A DNA stretch of 56,698 nucleotides, counting the filler, from Catajapyx aquilonaris (Eukaryota): NCBI GenBank assembly GCA_000934665.2. It is 2 parts of 2 records of this genome, joined end to end, with 100 filler letters (N's around TTAATTAATTAA, not from the genome) between each part and the next. Parts side by side here need not be neighbours in the genome. Positions count along the whole stretch, not along the records: positions 1 to 28,369 come from JYFJ02004947.1; 1 more part is not named here. One strand, written 5' to 3'. The position numbers were made by a program, and so were the translations under genes. The notes under the pieces were generated by a model that made no database searches, was not told where the DNA came from, and saw only the letters and a list, made by a program, of their open reading frames with translations. Positions 1 to 13,989 of this stretch are shown here, piece after piece; position 1 is the first letter of the stretch, and every line of letters starts with the position of its first letter.

Positions 1-440
1 CTTACTTTCAGAACGTTGCTAGTAAAAACATATTGGGACCAAAATATAATAATCACTTCTTCCATAATAAATTACGCTTGCCTTTAACTGCTGAAAGTAA
101 CTGCTTTTGGGGCCATAAAAACCAATCCCACTTTAAAGAGACGTTATCAGAACGTTGAGAGTAACAGCTATTGGAGCCAAAAATAACCATCAGCTCTTTC
201 ATAAATGACGCTTGTTTTCAGAAAGTGGGTCAAAAATCACCTCTTCCAATAACGCTTATTTTTCAACTACTGAAAGTAACACCTGTTGGGCACAAAAAGC
301 AAACACTGCTTACAGAAATAACTAACTTATTTTCAGAACGTTAAGAATAACAGCTACTGGAGTCAAAAATAACAATAACTGCTTAGAGAAATGACGCTTG
401 TTTTCGGGTCAAGTAACAGGTTTTGGGATTTAAAAAAAAC
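1..440. repeat. Degenerate tandem repeat, roughly 60-70 bp period
   Basis: Recurring TCAGAACGTT, GAAAGTAAC, ACGCTT and CAAAAAT blocks. Confidence 0.6.
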
Positions 441-3400
441 AGTAGCAGGAAGCATTTTTTTGAGGTCTCATCTATAGGAAATTAGGTCAAAATACAGGCT
501 TGAGAAATACATATTCTTATGTCTGGCCACCAGTCATTATCATTGTAATATTATTTAAAAGTAAATTTATGGACGATTCATAACTCCATTTGACTACCAT
601 TTTAAAAGCAAAAATATGCAAATTTGTGGGTTTCAAAGCCAGATTTTTGCAAATCAGGATAAACACTTTAAAACTGTTTGTTTCATTTTTTTGGTAAGTA
701 GACTACTTTTAGCAATAACTTAGTGCACATTAAAAATTCCTCTGGTAGGCCTACTATAGAAGACTAACCAGAAAAATCATATTCGTAAAAGGCAGTTTAT
801 GAAATTATTTTCCAAAATTAAAATATTAATTACGAATAATATTTCTTATGAGTAATCACACATTGTCTACTAAATTTGCCTTGATGCACTTCAATAAATT
901 TGAGACTTTTCGACCACATTGTATACCTTTTTGCGACAGTGCGTTTGACCCCCCCCCCCCCTTTGCAAAAATATGGTGCACCTTTTTTTGGGGGGGGGTG
1001 GATGGGGGGTAGGGAGAGGAGCCAACCAATCAATTGATCGGGTTATTGCATGATGTTGTTCCCGAGCACAAGTTGTGTGTAATGGTAGCTCATTCCATCC
1101 TCGTTGCTTCCCCCTTCCCTGCAACTTTAATTTCTAATTACGATTCCGGGAATGCGATCGTAATAAATTCCGTGTGTCTCGTGCTGCCTTTTTCGGCTTG
1201 CCATTATCTGGGGGGTGGTGGGGGGGCTATAGGACCCCCCCCCCTTAAAGCCCCCACTTTTAATGCTGTGGGGAGAAAAGAAGGGTTTAAAAAGCTAGAA
1301 ATGTTCGTTTTACGTCGCAATCAAAAAAACCGAGCTGAAATCAAAGAAGTGTCGCGTGTCTCAAGAATCCATAAGATCCTGATCGAAAAGCAGCAATTGT
1401 GATTAGTTCACACCAACTGACAAGTTCAAAAAGTATTTTCTCATGATAATCTCATTTTTTTGAAAAATTATAAGCCTACAATTTAAATAATTGTTCAGCT
1501 GCTTTTTGTAATCGTTATCGCGGCCTTTTAGGTTTGTCACACTTGCTAGCATTTGGTGTCAGGCACTGACCGTAATTACATGCTCTTGTTGTCTGTAGGC
1601 CTACACCTGACAAAAAAAGTGAATCTGACAGCAGGTGTCTGGAAATGTCAAAAGTTTTACACAGAAAAGGGCGCATATTTACCTTTTAATTATTCATTGT
1701 TTTTTTCCCCCGCTTTTTTTTTTGACGGCCTCTGCAGGTCGACAGTGGTCGACCTTTTAGCATGAAGTGTAAACCCCAAAGGCCAACACTGCACATCCAT
1801 CGTGCAGTTACCTGTGTAAGCAAAGCCAGGTCTCAAAAGCACACACACGCATAGCCCGCACCACACCATACACACACAGTCTGTACAGAACCCATATCTG
1901 ACATACTGTGCACGTAAGTTGATTCATAACTGTATGACTTCGTGACAAACTGTCCATATATAGCAGTAATTCTGATAAATTACTCACTAGAAGCATATAA
2001 GACAGTGACATGTTCATAACCTTACTTTCCGTCATTTTATTTATTTGTTTGTCGTATTTATTTAATTTTTTCTTTAAGCTCGCACTTTATACCCTTCGGG
2101 CCAATCAGTAACTCTATATAGAGTTGTCGCCCGACAAATGAGACCCATTCAACTCGGAGGGTTGTCAATAATGGAAAGGCTTGGAGATGTTTACTTTGGA
2201 TCGCGGCTCGTACCCGGGCTCCAAATGACCGTGGCGTTGATTTAATTGTTGCAATTAACGGAATCCGATATTGGGCCAGGGCGGGGGTATGTATGTAGGC
2301 CTATTCATAATTATATCGATGAGAGTGTCGGGCACATTGGCGTGGCACGGTTTAAGTTCACAGTTTGTACTGATGGGTCTGGCATCACTTTCACAGGCAG
2401 AAAATTCGCGAAAAAACAAACAGGCAAACAAACAAACTTTTCCTTTTATATATGTGTAGATAATAACAATCCAACCAATCCCCAATCTCCCCAAATGATG
2501 TCCTTTTCCCCTTTGAGATTCAGAATATTGTTCAGGAGTTCACCTGTGCGCATGAAAGTTATTTGTGTGAATAAATTATAAGTAAACAGGGGGCTTCCGA
2601 AACTCTGCGTCCTGATTGTGTTGACAAACTCTGTGTCTCGTTAATATCAGCTCGTAGAATGATGCAGCAGCAAGGTTGCTAGAGACGAGTCACCTTCTTC
2701 TACTATACCAAGGGAGGGGCAAATGAACCGAGAAACCCGTAACCGAGGTGTCGTAATAAATTGATTTTGCGACAATTTCCTAGCCAGAGTTTGCGAGATC
2801 GAGCAAGGTGTGATGAGGCAAGTAGTCTTCGGGAGGTGTGAAGAAGACGAAAAAGATGAAAAAAAAATACGTCCTTCATTTTCTCCTTTGACGGGGTGCT
2901 AAATCTAATTTCATGCGCGATTGACTCGTAATCTTCTTTGCAAAAGGAGTAGACTTGATTGGTTTAAAGAACGGCCTAGAAGAAGAGTTGAAGAGGAGAG
3001 TTTTGCCAAAAAATTTGGCACGTCCCAGAAGGATACATGTGTCGAAACAAAATATCAAGCTGTGACAGAATGTAAATAACAGAAAGGATGTTAGGATTTG
3101 GTGGAAGAATATCAACCAATAACGACACACAATCAATCAATCAATCGCTGCAGGAAAATAATAAACGAATAAATAAATAAATAAAATTAGATTTATATTA
3201 GCTTATAAGTAAAATACATACCGGCACATAAAAATTAAATAAATATAGTAATTTAATAAAAATACATAAATGAATTATGTACACAATACATAGCATACAA
3301 TACTAATCAAATATATAACTAAATGAAATAAATATATATTATAGGGCTATTCGTGTATAGCCATTCATTGATTAATACATAAAAATAATGTAAACATTAA

Positions 3401-3675
3401 ATAAATATGTCAATAAAATTAATAAATACAGAAAATAAATTAAATGAAATTAATGATTTGTATCTACAGTAGCCGACACACATTCCATCTCCAGTAAATT
3501 GAATCCAACAAAGAGCTCGATCAGCTTCAGTACCAAACCGTCCTTCTGCATATTTGATGACTCCTATCCTGTTCACCCTGCCTGCCTTGTCCTTCTGTCC
3601 GATTTGCAGTTTTTCAGCTGCCCCATCTTCTTTTCCGGACGAGCGACGCGGGCCCCCACAGGAGAGCGTGTGTGT

Positions 3676-3677
<2 letters not shown>

Positions 3678-3746
<69 letters not shown>
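3678..3746. repeat. (GA)n microsatellite
   Basis: Read directly from the sequence. Confidence 0.98.
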
Positions 3747-3749
<3 letters not shown>

Positions 3750-4146
3750 GGAGAACCGGAGTTGGTTTGTGGAGGCAAGAGCATGTGTGTATATAGAAGA
3801 GAGAGAGAAATGCATGGAGGGAGAGAGGGAGAGGCCCTGGAGGATATGCCTCCCGGAGAGCAGGCCTGGTATTCGGATCATTTGGCCTCCGACACGCACT
3901 CCCTTGGGTAGCTTACTCTCAAAAAAGGGGGTAGGAGGAAAGATGTCCTCTACCTCTGTCACCAGTGTTAACTCTTTTACTCCCTAGCGTTGTTGCCGCA
4001 ACAAACTGACAACCACTTCACTTATTAACCATTTGCCGCAAGCACTATACACACGAGACCGCAGTGTCGCCTAGGTGTCAACCTGCCTGTTTGGACAAGC
4101 AAAGGTGCGTTGCACTTGCCACTTGGCAAAACTGCCCCCGACTGCC

Positions 4147-4277
4147 CACATAGATGGCGCATCCTCCCTCTCTGCATACTCCTGCCACTTTGCGGGGAGA
4201 AGTGGTACTACATCTACATGCACCCAGCTGAGCGGACAAACGGAGGCACAGTCTCAAGCCAATTATACATATATGAA
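4147..4277. repeat. Short dispersed repeat family, representative copy (others at about 7530-7612, 10538-10640, 14384-14460, 15945-16072, 21090-21150, 22665-22752)
   Basis: Shared blocks CACATAGATGGCGC ... CTACTGCCACTCT ... GGACAAACAGAGGCACAGAC occur in both orientations. Confidence 0.75.
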
Positions 4278-5781
4278 TGGCTCGAGAGAAAAACTTGTTA
4301 ACCGCCATATCACTACTGATTTCTCTCGATATTTGAGGACCAGGAAGGTAGCCTATATACGATTTAACGTTTTATACATGAGTTCTTGCTGGCAATAGTT
4401 ACTCATTAATGGCGGCAAACGAATCTCTTCAGGATGAGCCGCAAATGATCTTTTACGTAGAAGTTTCCTTCCCCCCCCCATCTCCCCACCTTCTCTCTCC
4501 CCCCATAAAGCCACCTCCTCTTCTAGCCCTGAATAATTGAGTTAGGTTGCTATGCAGTGGTTTGGCCTTTATTCCCGCCGGGAGTGGTTGCTTTCATCTA
4601 ATCTGCTATTATTATTATCCATAGAACAGGAGGGAGGGAGGGAGGGGAAGGCAACGGGGAAGGTTGCGCCCCAAAAAAAACCAACAAAAAAAAAGTTGAG
4701 CTCCCATGGGTGAAAATAATGAGTTGGAAACTTTTGGGGAAGCCTCGTGTTAATTACGATGTAATATTTCTTTTTCAGCTTTTGCGCAATAACTTCTAGT
4801 CCCCGCTATCAAGTCTGGAGAGAGAAAGCAGGAGGAGGAGGAGGAGGAGAATAAGTTTCAAACTCAAAAATTGAGCTTAATATTAGCTTTAAAAGGCGAG
4901 AAGCTAAAAATTTGCAATGTTGGACTAACTTGTTATGAGCACATGTAGTCGGAAACTATTTATCGTTTGAGATTAATATTCAAGTCGATTGGTGTAAAAA
5001 ATATTCTCAAACAAAAATTTTCCAACAAACTACTGCGGTGACTTTTAATTTTTATCGTGTATGGAATATGTGCAATACGTTATATTGCTATTAATTTATT
5101 AATTAATCTCTATTGTTATGAAACACAAAGTCTGTTAGTTTGTTCAATTTATAGGCTACCCATTTCATACCAACTGGGCAAAGGCAGTGTTTTCTGGTTT
5201 GTTTGTCCAGATTTGGTTTCCGTGGCAACAATGACGTTTAACAATATCGACGGTGCCATGGTATCAACAGTGTTAAATTGTTTTTGATTACATTACCATG
5301 GAAACAGGTCGTGGGAAGAACGGGTTCTACTGCTTGTAAATAAACAAAATAAAAAAAATTAATGAATAAATGAATAAATAACCAAAACCGAAATATCAAG
5401 AGCTAAAGCTAATGACTGCTACAAATCGCTGCTATTAAAGACCAATGTAGCAATAGCTGTTTTTAGCAGCTGTTATAAAATCCTATGTGTGCTTTTGGCG
5501 AACGTCTTGTTGCCGGAGCACGAACCCGACAATATCGCAACCTTTTTGTTGCTATCTCATCCGTGCGATGGAATTAAATAGAACTCCCCAATGTATCTTT
5601 ACAGCCAGAAGAAAAATAGGTGGCGAAATCCAATCAGAGGGGGCCCCAGTGTCCGCAAATTTTCAAGCCCTTTTCCCTCTAGCTGCTGGAGTTGGTTTAG
5701 TTGGAGACGTGCAAATGAGGAAGGTACATTCCTCACACTCGGTGGGTAGAAAGAGAGGGGCGAGGGGGGGGGGGCAACCTG

Positions 5782-5782
<1 letters not shown>

Positions 5783-5824
<42 letters not shown>

Positions 5825-5829
5825 CTCTC
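5783..5829. repeat. (CT)n microsatellite
   Basis: Read directly from the sequence. Confidence 0.95.
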
Positions 5830-6179
5830 CCTCTCCCCCCCTAAAATTAATTGCATGTAGACCCTGGTGGAAGTGTGCGAACTCGTAATGATGCTCAAGC
5901 ACGGCTCTTTTGGACCTGATGAATGGGAAGGGGCGACGCTTTTAAAGAGAAGGATTGTTGCATACCTTTCAAGAATGGTGACAAAGTCACGTTTTCCACA
6001 CGCCGACTTTTCAGCGGACACCGAGCTGAAATATTCATATTGCTAAAACATTTTTACAATTCCGGTTAAATAATTTGCAATTAATTGGGCAAAACTGATA
6101 ATCAAGTTGCCATGGAAATGAAACCTGCACAAACATACATACAAACTTTGCCTATTATCATTATAAAATTTTCATGTCC

Positions 6180-6440
6180 TTATTAATTATTATTAGTTAT
6201 TATCATGTACTATTTATTCCCTGTTATACCGTAGTACTTAGTCATCATTAATTAGTTATTATTATTCATTATTAATTAGATATTTAGTTATTGTTTATTG
6301 TCAGTTATTAGTTATTATTATTCATTAGTAGTTATTATTCATTAGTAGTTATTATTCGTCATTCATTATTATTCGTCATTCATTATTATTCGTTATTCAT
6401 TATTATTATTCATTATTAGTTTTTATTAGTTATTAGTTTT
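6180..6440. repeat. Low-complexity TTATTAG/TTATTCA tract, resuming at 6825-6865 after the MITE
   Basis: Read directly from the sequence; the MITE interrupts the tract. Confidence 0.85.
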
Positions 6441-6442
6441 TA

Positions 6443-6824
6443 CAGTGGAGCATCGATTATCAGAACAGAGTCTGCCAAGGGGGTGTTCGGATAACTGATT
6501 GTTCGGATAACCGATCATTTACGGAAAGAAATTGTACCGGTGTCATAGGAGCAATATGAAACTAAGAAACAGTCATATTAGCCACAAAACTGTATAATTA
6601 TTTTCTGTCACAGGAACGTCTTAAAAATACTCTACATATACCTTGCTGTCCTTACATGAAGCAGTCCTACAGTTTAGGGGGGAAAGGCAAATTTATTTTG
6701 CTTGAGAGCCGAGGCTCGTTATTAGGTGGCTAAATCGCGCTTTTTTCCCTTTTTTGCCGACGCGAAAACGTTCGGTTAACCGATGGTTCGGTTGATCGGG
6801 GTTCGGATAATCGATGCTCCACTG
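6443..6824. mobile_element. MITE, Tc1/mariner-pogo type
   Basis: TIRs CAGTGGAGCATCGATTATC(A/C)GAAC at both ends, TA on both flanks (6441-6442, 6825-6826), internal GTTCGGATAA subrepeats, no transposase ORF. Confidence 0.9.
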
Positions 6825-9800
6825 TATTAGTTATTAGTTATTATTAGTTATTAGTTATCGTTTTATTAAATTATAAATATTGCAGGTCAGATGACATTAA
6901 AGTATGCAAATTATATTTTATCCTCTAGATGTCACCGTATCCGAATACGCCATCTGTCGACCCCTGGAAGCAACCAAATATGTCCCAAAAACACGTGCTA
7001 ATCACCCTCCGAGCAACTAGACGTTTCCTGCAGAGTTCGCCATTTGAAGCGTGGAGGGAATCGGCTTATTTTCGCGTATTGGTTAAATTGCAAGCTCGGA
7101 GCGACGACGACACATCTGCTCTGCAGAAACTGCAGTCGGATCACGGAGCGGCCATGAAACTTTTAGTGTGCCAAGTAATGAAACGACTCCCCCAATTTGA
7201 TGGTCGTGTTAAGCCGGATGCAAACGACGGGCAAGGGTCGGAATCTCGCTCTTCTCTCTCTCTGCTGTGCTGTGTGTATACACCTAACGCGCCGTTTGCC
7301 GCAATGCATCATGCAATTTGTCCTCCCAACCAGCGTGCGTCCATCTGTATCCTTCCGCTCGACGTACGTGTTACACACTCTAGGCCTTATCCGCTGCGAC
7401 TCACTTGTCAGATATCTGGTCTGATAGTAACCAAATTTATCACTCGGGAAGCATTTGTGTAATCGGATGTAACCCAATTGATGAATATGTGCATAGCAAT
7501 GTGGCATCAGATATGTAAGGTTCTAGTGCTAGAATTGAGTCCGTGTCTCTGTTTGTCCGCGGTGAGTCATCGACCCTGAGAGTGACAGTAGTGTGCGACA
7601 TCTACGTGAGTGATATGGTACTGCTAAGGTTTCATTATGGTAACGAATAAATCAGACAAGTATTTGGAAAACTTGAGCTAGGTTATATCCCCGCGATTAT
7701 TGGCTCACTTTTGGGTTATACCTGTACAAAATGTTGCTCCAGCTTACACGCTCTGAACACACTTTTGTTTTAAAGAAGGGAAAAATCCATTTGGCCTTCT
7801 ATTTCTTTCGATCCCCCAGTGGGACCTGATGGCAAGAGAGCCATTTTAGCTTCTTCTTCAGTTCGGAGAAAAATAGGAGTGAAAAAAGGGGGCATCTCCC
7901 TGCCTCCTTCCCTCCCATCCCGCGCCACCCTCCCCTTTTGCCGGTGCACGATACTCCAAAACGCTTTTATCGGCAGGCAAATCCGACAACGAGGGAAAGC
8001 AATCGGGTAACTATGAGGCCTTTGATTTTTCGGGGGGATAAGAAAGGTTCTCCTTTTGAGTATTCCTCAGAGTACCCCCCATGTCTGATGGCTTTTCTTC
8101 TTATTTTTTCACTCCTTTATTATAGGAGAGGCTATATACGACGTCGACTATACAGGAAGTGACACAGTAATGGGCGTTTACCGTATGGTCGACGAATTCA
8201 CGCTGTATGTATTGCACGGAAATAGTTTTTAAAATATAATTATTGCTGAAAGCAGACAGAACAGTCTCAGAGAAACAATGATAGTAACAAAATCCTCTAA
8301 CAAGTATTAAGATGAATCCGTCATGTCGTGCCGCTGCATAATTTTGGAAGGATGCAACCTGCGCTATCTACTAATTTCCTTCCCAACTTATTCTTTCGAC
8401 AAATCTGCGCTCCACAGCCACAAAGTTATGAGCTATGCCCGTTACGGCAAGAATTTACGACTAGCAGATAAATAAATAAGCAGCGTATAAAACAATAGTG
8501 GTCGTCTTTTTCTCTCTGAAACAAACCCCAGTAGGTGTCCATACATCAAAGCTGAAGCAGAGCTCATAAGCGCAAAGGGAAGGAAAAGTGTAAGCCAGGT
8601 CCCATTTGGCCCCCGCCTAAAAGAGCAGTAGATGGCGCCTTGATGGAACCCGCAACGAGTTGAGGTCTCGCAATCAGTGGTGGCCCCCCCAAAAAACCGC
8701 CAAAAAAATAAAAGAAAAAGGGGAGTCCATGGTTGGCTCTCTCCACCGCTTCATGAGGGCCCTAAAACCAAGACTACCTTTTGGTCCCCTCCCTTTCCCT
8801 CTCCCTGTGTATACCCCCTCTACCCCCTTCTTCTTCACCATTGCATTGTAGTGGATGGTGAGGGAATGAAAGGGTGCAGGACTGCAGACGTGTTTATTCA
8901 CGGCTAACTCGATTGGGCGCACTCTGGTCAGGGTATTTCGTCAAGGAATTGCAAGGGCGTGGGTGGGAGAAAGGGCCTACATTTCCAGCTGACAGAGATC
9001 GCTGACCTGGCCACTTCCCTTGGACTTGGCCGAACTAGGTGGGAGGTCCAATATCCCCAATTTATGGGGAGAAAGCGAACAGGGCGAGAGGGGGGGGAGG
9101 GGGTAACGAAAGAAGGGGAAACAACAAACCTCGCAAATATGGTCAATTTTGGCTTTCAAAAAGGACGGGTGCACACAGCCTAATGCAGTAATAGCAGCTA
9201 ATACGATTGATAACCGGTTTACATAGCTCATTTCATAAGTGTTTCAATAACTGCTATTTTGAAAATGTTTTAACAGCATGCTGTCGAGATGCTGTCAATT
9301 TAAATCGCTTTTATTTTGTCACTAATAACTATTATGTATGTTATTTTAATAGCTGTTATTTTGTGTTATTAATAACTTTTAACTGATATACTGTTAAGCA
9401 ACTGTTGTTTTACTGTTAAATAACTTACATTATGCTCTTAATACATGTTATGCTATGCTATTAATAGCTCTTTTGATATAGTGTTTTAAATATTATTTTA
9501 ATTGCTGCTATTTTACTCGATAATATTTAAAAAAGAATTAAATTCCAATGTCTCAATACAATAGGCTAAATTAAATTATATTTTGCTTAAGCAGGGTCTA
9601 GCTACATGGTACGTACCAAACATTATCAGCAACTATATGCAGATATGAAAATCGAAAATATACCTTATATTATATTATTAAGTACCCTACATGTACGCGG
9701 TCTGCAATTTCATTTCCCACATTTTCATTTGCGAATAACAAAGTCGCGAAAACAGTAAACAATCAACAGCAGCTCTCGCGCCACACGTAGCCTACTCTCC

Positions 9801-12776
9801 ACAACATTGTTACCTGGTGCAAAAACTCATTTTGGAAGCAATTGACCAACGGCTTCGTTTACGAATGATATTACGCCCAATGAAAAGGTTAATTGAAAGG
9901 ACCTCGCTCGCAGTGAGTGACGTACAACTCTTTTTTGGTGGCTGCATAATCCACCCTCACTCCCTCCCCCCACCCCCACCCCCTGCACTCTACATATACA
10001 CCCCGGTGTCCATTGTTGAAAATTAGTAAGCCGCATGTGAAAAGGCTGGGGTGATTCGGGTGTCATTATTTATGCTGTCGGTCAAAACTCGTCTATTTGA
10101 CATTCAAAAGGCATACGTGGGGGGCACGCGGAAATGTCATTGGTTGTGCATGGACAGGAGCGAATATATGCTGTTTCATGCACGTGCTTTGATTAACAAC
10201 GCTTCAGGCGCCAAGTGCTCTCTGAGCTCCGTCAATGCGCAGTCACTTTACTCCGATATTAACACGGAGAGGTTAATGTCACTACAAAGCGAGCCCGGTC
10301 CCTGAATTTTTAATCAAGTAAATTGCACGCCATTTACACCACATTAAAAATATAATATAGCCTACTGTATGGAGCCATTGTTGCATGGCTGATGGGAGAA
10401 CTAACCAGAGAGAACTATTAAATTACTAGCCATGAAGTATAAGTGGTTTAACAGCTGATATTTAGTGTTATTTTGCAACTCCCAGCCTAGCCTTACGCTG
10501 ATGGTAGAGGACTTAGAGAGTCTCCGCCACCCTGGATTTGGCGCTACTGCCACTCTCAGGGTCGTGGAGAGATAGTTCTGGTACAGGCACCTATCAGATC
10601 GAACAGAGGCACAGACTAAAGCCAATTCTACACATGATTAACGAGACCTCCGCTGTAATTAAGCTTAACAAGCAAACGAACGAACAAACAAACAAACAAA
10701 CAAACAAACAAACAAATTTTGCCTTATTATATAATTATAGCCTACACAGTTGATGATATCCCGAGTTATCGATAAAATGACTTTAAACTGCTGGATTAAG
10801 CGAGATATTAGTTACACCACCAAGTTTTCTAGTCAGCCAATCAAAACTGAGTCCCTGCTGCATAATGGAGTCGATTCCGATTCCGCGCCATCTCTTGAGC
10901 TCTCTCCCCATTAGTATTCCGATGACGAGCAGGCCCCCATAAAACCGAAACAGGAGTGAATAGCAATCCCGCAACATTAATTTGTTACCCGGCCCAGATT
11001 AATTATTGACCTTGACTGTTATGCATCAAACGTGATAAACATTTGCAATTAACTCCCGGTTAGTCCAGGCCAGCAGCCTCAGGTTCCAACAGGGGATTGT
11101 TTGCTCCAGCAAGCAGTTTGGGGCAATGAATCAACCTGTAAATGGAGTCACGTAGAACCGGATATAGCAAGAATAACAAAAATAACATGTTGAAAATCCG
11201 GGTGTGAACAAGCGTCAAGAGGACCCGGAGAATGTTGGTCTGGAAATCCTGCTACACTAGGGGGTTCTAATGCGACGGGGGCTTAGGACCCGAAACACGC
11301 TTTAGATGGAGGATGGGACTTAAGCCGAGTGTTAAGGTGGAAAAGTCGACGTTTATCTTTGGACTCGGGTCACGCCGCGACGGGGATGAACGAGCAGGAA
11401 GCTCAGACAACACTGTTCCTCTCTCGTCAATAATGGAAGGGAGGTAAAAGTGAAGAGTGCATTGTCTCTACATGCATTTTAATGCCTGCTCAAATCTGCC
11501 AAACTGCCGCTCTCGGGAGAATTTTTTTACGAACGCAATCCAGTGCGCACCACAGTTCACGCAGCATGCACGGTTGGCATTACTCTGTATAGTGGATGTA
11601 TACTTGGCTTCACTTATTTCCAGCGCTAAGCTTGGGATAAACAAAATGGCCGATGTTTGTGAAGTTTCTAAAGCTCTGGAACCAACGGGCATGAATTATT
11701 ATTTATTTCAGTCCTGTGATCCTGTTGCACCATCTCCATGAAACATTTTCCGGCTTGAAAACAGCCACAAAACATTGTTTACATGTAAATTGAGCACAAT
11801 GACGACTATTTTCCTGCCGAAAAATGTTTTCCGAAAGTTATTCATGGAGATTATTGATTCATATTTGTTACGTTATTTATTAATGGCCCCTGGAGAGTAA
11901 CTCTGGCAATGTTGTTGTCAGAACATCAAACAATGGAGATGCGCGAGTGTGGGTGCGCCTGCAAAAAAAATCATCTGTAGCTGATGACGCACCCTGAACA
12001 AACAGGCACATCCAATATTCTCTATAATATCTATATGATATTAACCTTCTCATTTGGTTGAATGGACGAATATATTTTGATGTATGACCTACTGTGACAA
12101 AGCTGCTACTTCGTGAAGTGTTTGTCCTATACATCTCATACAAACCTATCGATTCAGCCCGTCAGCAACACAGTCTGAAACCGCTCTTGCAGCACTTTCC
12201 TATCTCTATAAAATCATCCGGAGGGCAAAAAAATCCGAGAGAAGTTTTTGACGATGTGGGTAAACACGAAAAGCTGCGTGCCCTATCTCTCCCCGGAGTC
12301 GTACAGAGACCCGGAGACACATCCGGAGCCCCGATGTCTTCGAGATACAGCACTTTCCCCCCCTTTCGAAAAAAAAACCTTTTCCGGAGGTCCTTCAGAT
12401 GTGCCACGGAGTAATTTGTTTTTTCTCTCCCGAGGAAAGTACAGAATTTCCCCGGATCCTCTCAAAGCTTTTTCGCAATTTTCAGCAACAATATGGCCCA
12501 CCCTATACCACCTTGTAGTAGAGGCTAATGATATGTGCCGAACCCTCAAATTTTGCAAATTACTTTTCCAGTGCTTGATTACTCTGAAAGGGTTAACTAC
12601 TCGAGCAACTTTTAGGCGTTGCCCCCACCCGTGTAGTTTAGTTGGAAAGTACTTAAGAAGATGCGAGAGGTCGGATCGTTATGCGATGTTGTTCGAGTGT
12701 GAATACACTCGTGAGCATGAAGTTCGTAAATATTCGCAAAATAAACAATTTAAAAAACCCGACAGTGTTTTTAGGC

Positions 12777-12917
12777 TTATCACAGGTTGCACCATCTCTA
12801 GGAAACATTTTTCGGTCGAAAAAGAACAGGCAAAGTGCTCCATTTACATGTGAACAATGTTGCCTGGCTGTTTTCCGGCCGAAAAATGTTTCCTGGGAAT
12901 GGTGCAACCGGTGATAA
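12777..12917. mobile_element. About 140-bp palindromic MITE-like unit, with related copies at about 11722-11835 and 12930-13063
   Basis: Ends TTATCAC(A)GGTTGCACCAT ... ATGGTGCAACC(G)GTGATAA, with inner inverted AAACATTTTTCGG/CCGAAAAATGTTT. The copy at 11722 is reverse-complementary to this one. Confidence 0.7.
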
Positions 12918-13934
12918 ATCGAAAAACTAACAATCTCCCGGATACATTTTCCGGCTGAAAAAGACGAGCAGCAAAAGTGCCTCATTTTCATGTCAACCAT
13001 GTTTCCTGGCTGTTTTCCGGCCGAAAAAAATGTTTCCTGACTGGCGGTGCAATGGTGCAACCGGCGCGGCTCACATGACTGGAAATCGCTAACCAAACAC
13101 AACGTGATATTTAACTGGAACACCCTGTAATATTGAAAGGGATTGAAGTAAATTGAGAGAGAAAAAATCAAATGTTTAATGAAGGTGCGAAAATGTGTGA
13201 TTAACTAAATGACGCGGGATTCACGGTTCGTTTGGATTAAAAGTTTAAACCTAATCCTCTCAACTGCTGGGGCGTCATTGTTTCGTAATAATTCGGGCAT
13301 TATTAACACCTGGCATTTGCTGATTGAGCGATCAAAAACAAATAACTGATTGTGCCATTACGTTTTAATTCATGTGGGCCATAACAGTAGTATTATATTA
13401 ATTTAAAATTCGATGCGATTCACAAAAATTTTCTATGTCACAAGCTGTAAGCAAACATTAATCTTCATTGGTAACTCAAACTCCACTGCTTGCCATGCAC
13501 ATAGTTGCAGCAGATACTTGGATGAGTTTTGGTAACCCGAGAACCTCCGTTAACGAGCTTCATTCCACCCTGAAAATCCATCAGTCGATCGTTAATTATT
13601 ACAAGCTCACGTGACGTATCACGTTTTATACACAAAATGTCTCAAAACTGATTCTGTTCAGGATTTGGATCTGGACTAGGTTCGAACTTATCCTCCTCCA
13701 TTTTAGGAGGAATAAGGCGCAGGGACCCTTCAATGGCCACATAATGTAAATCACTTAGGAGCTAGTAACTCAAGCTGAGAGGTAATGGCCTTGACTAATG
13801 AGGGGACCCCGCTTTCAGGCCAAATTAGCTCCCCTTGCAAGAAACCGGCAACATCTTAATCGAAGGAACCTTCCTTTCCTTCCTCATTTACACGCGCGTC
13901 ACTTTGAGTTATGACACTCTTTTTTTTACTCTAC

Positions 13935-13936
<2 letters not shown>

Positions 13937-13986
<50 letters not shown>
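13937..13986. repeat. (CT)n microsatellite
   Basis: Read directly from the sequence. Confidence 0.97.

Positions 13987-13989
<3 letters not shown>

Noticed and set aside
3499..3987. ORFs with ERERER/LSLSLS runs (also 5487-6021, 13835-14032, and poly-Ile at 53266-53565)
   Set aside because: Translations of microsatellites.
6929..7462. 177-aa ORF, and the 201-aa ORF at 12248-12853
   Set aside because: No recognisable domain or splice context; the second overlaps a MITE-like repeat.
13678..13835. B-box-like GGTTCGAAC suggesting a tRNA or SINE (similar hints near 2200 and 16297)
   Set aside because: No matching A box, TSD or cloverleaf could be established.
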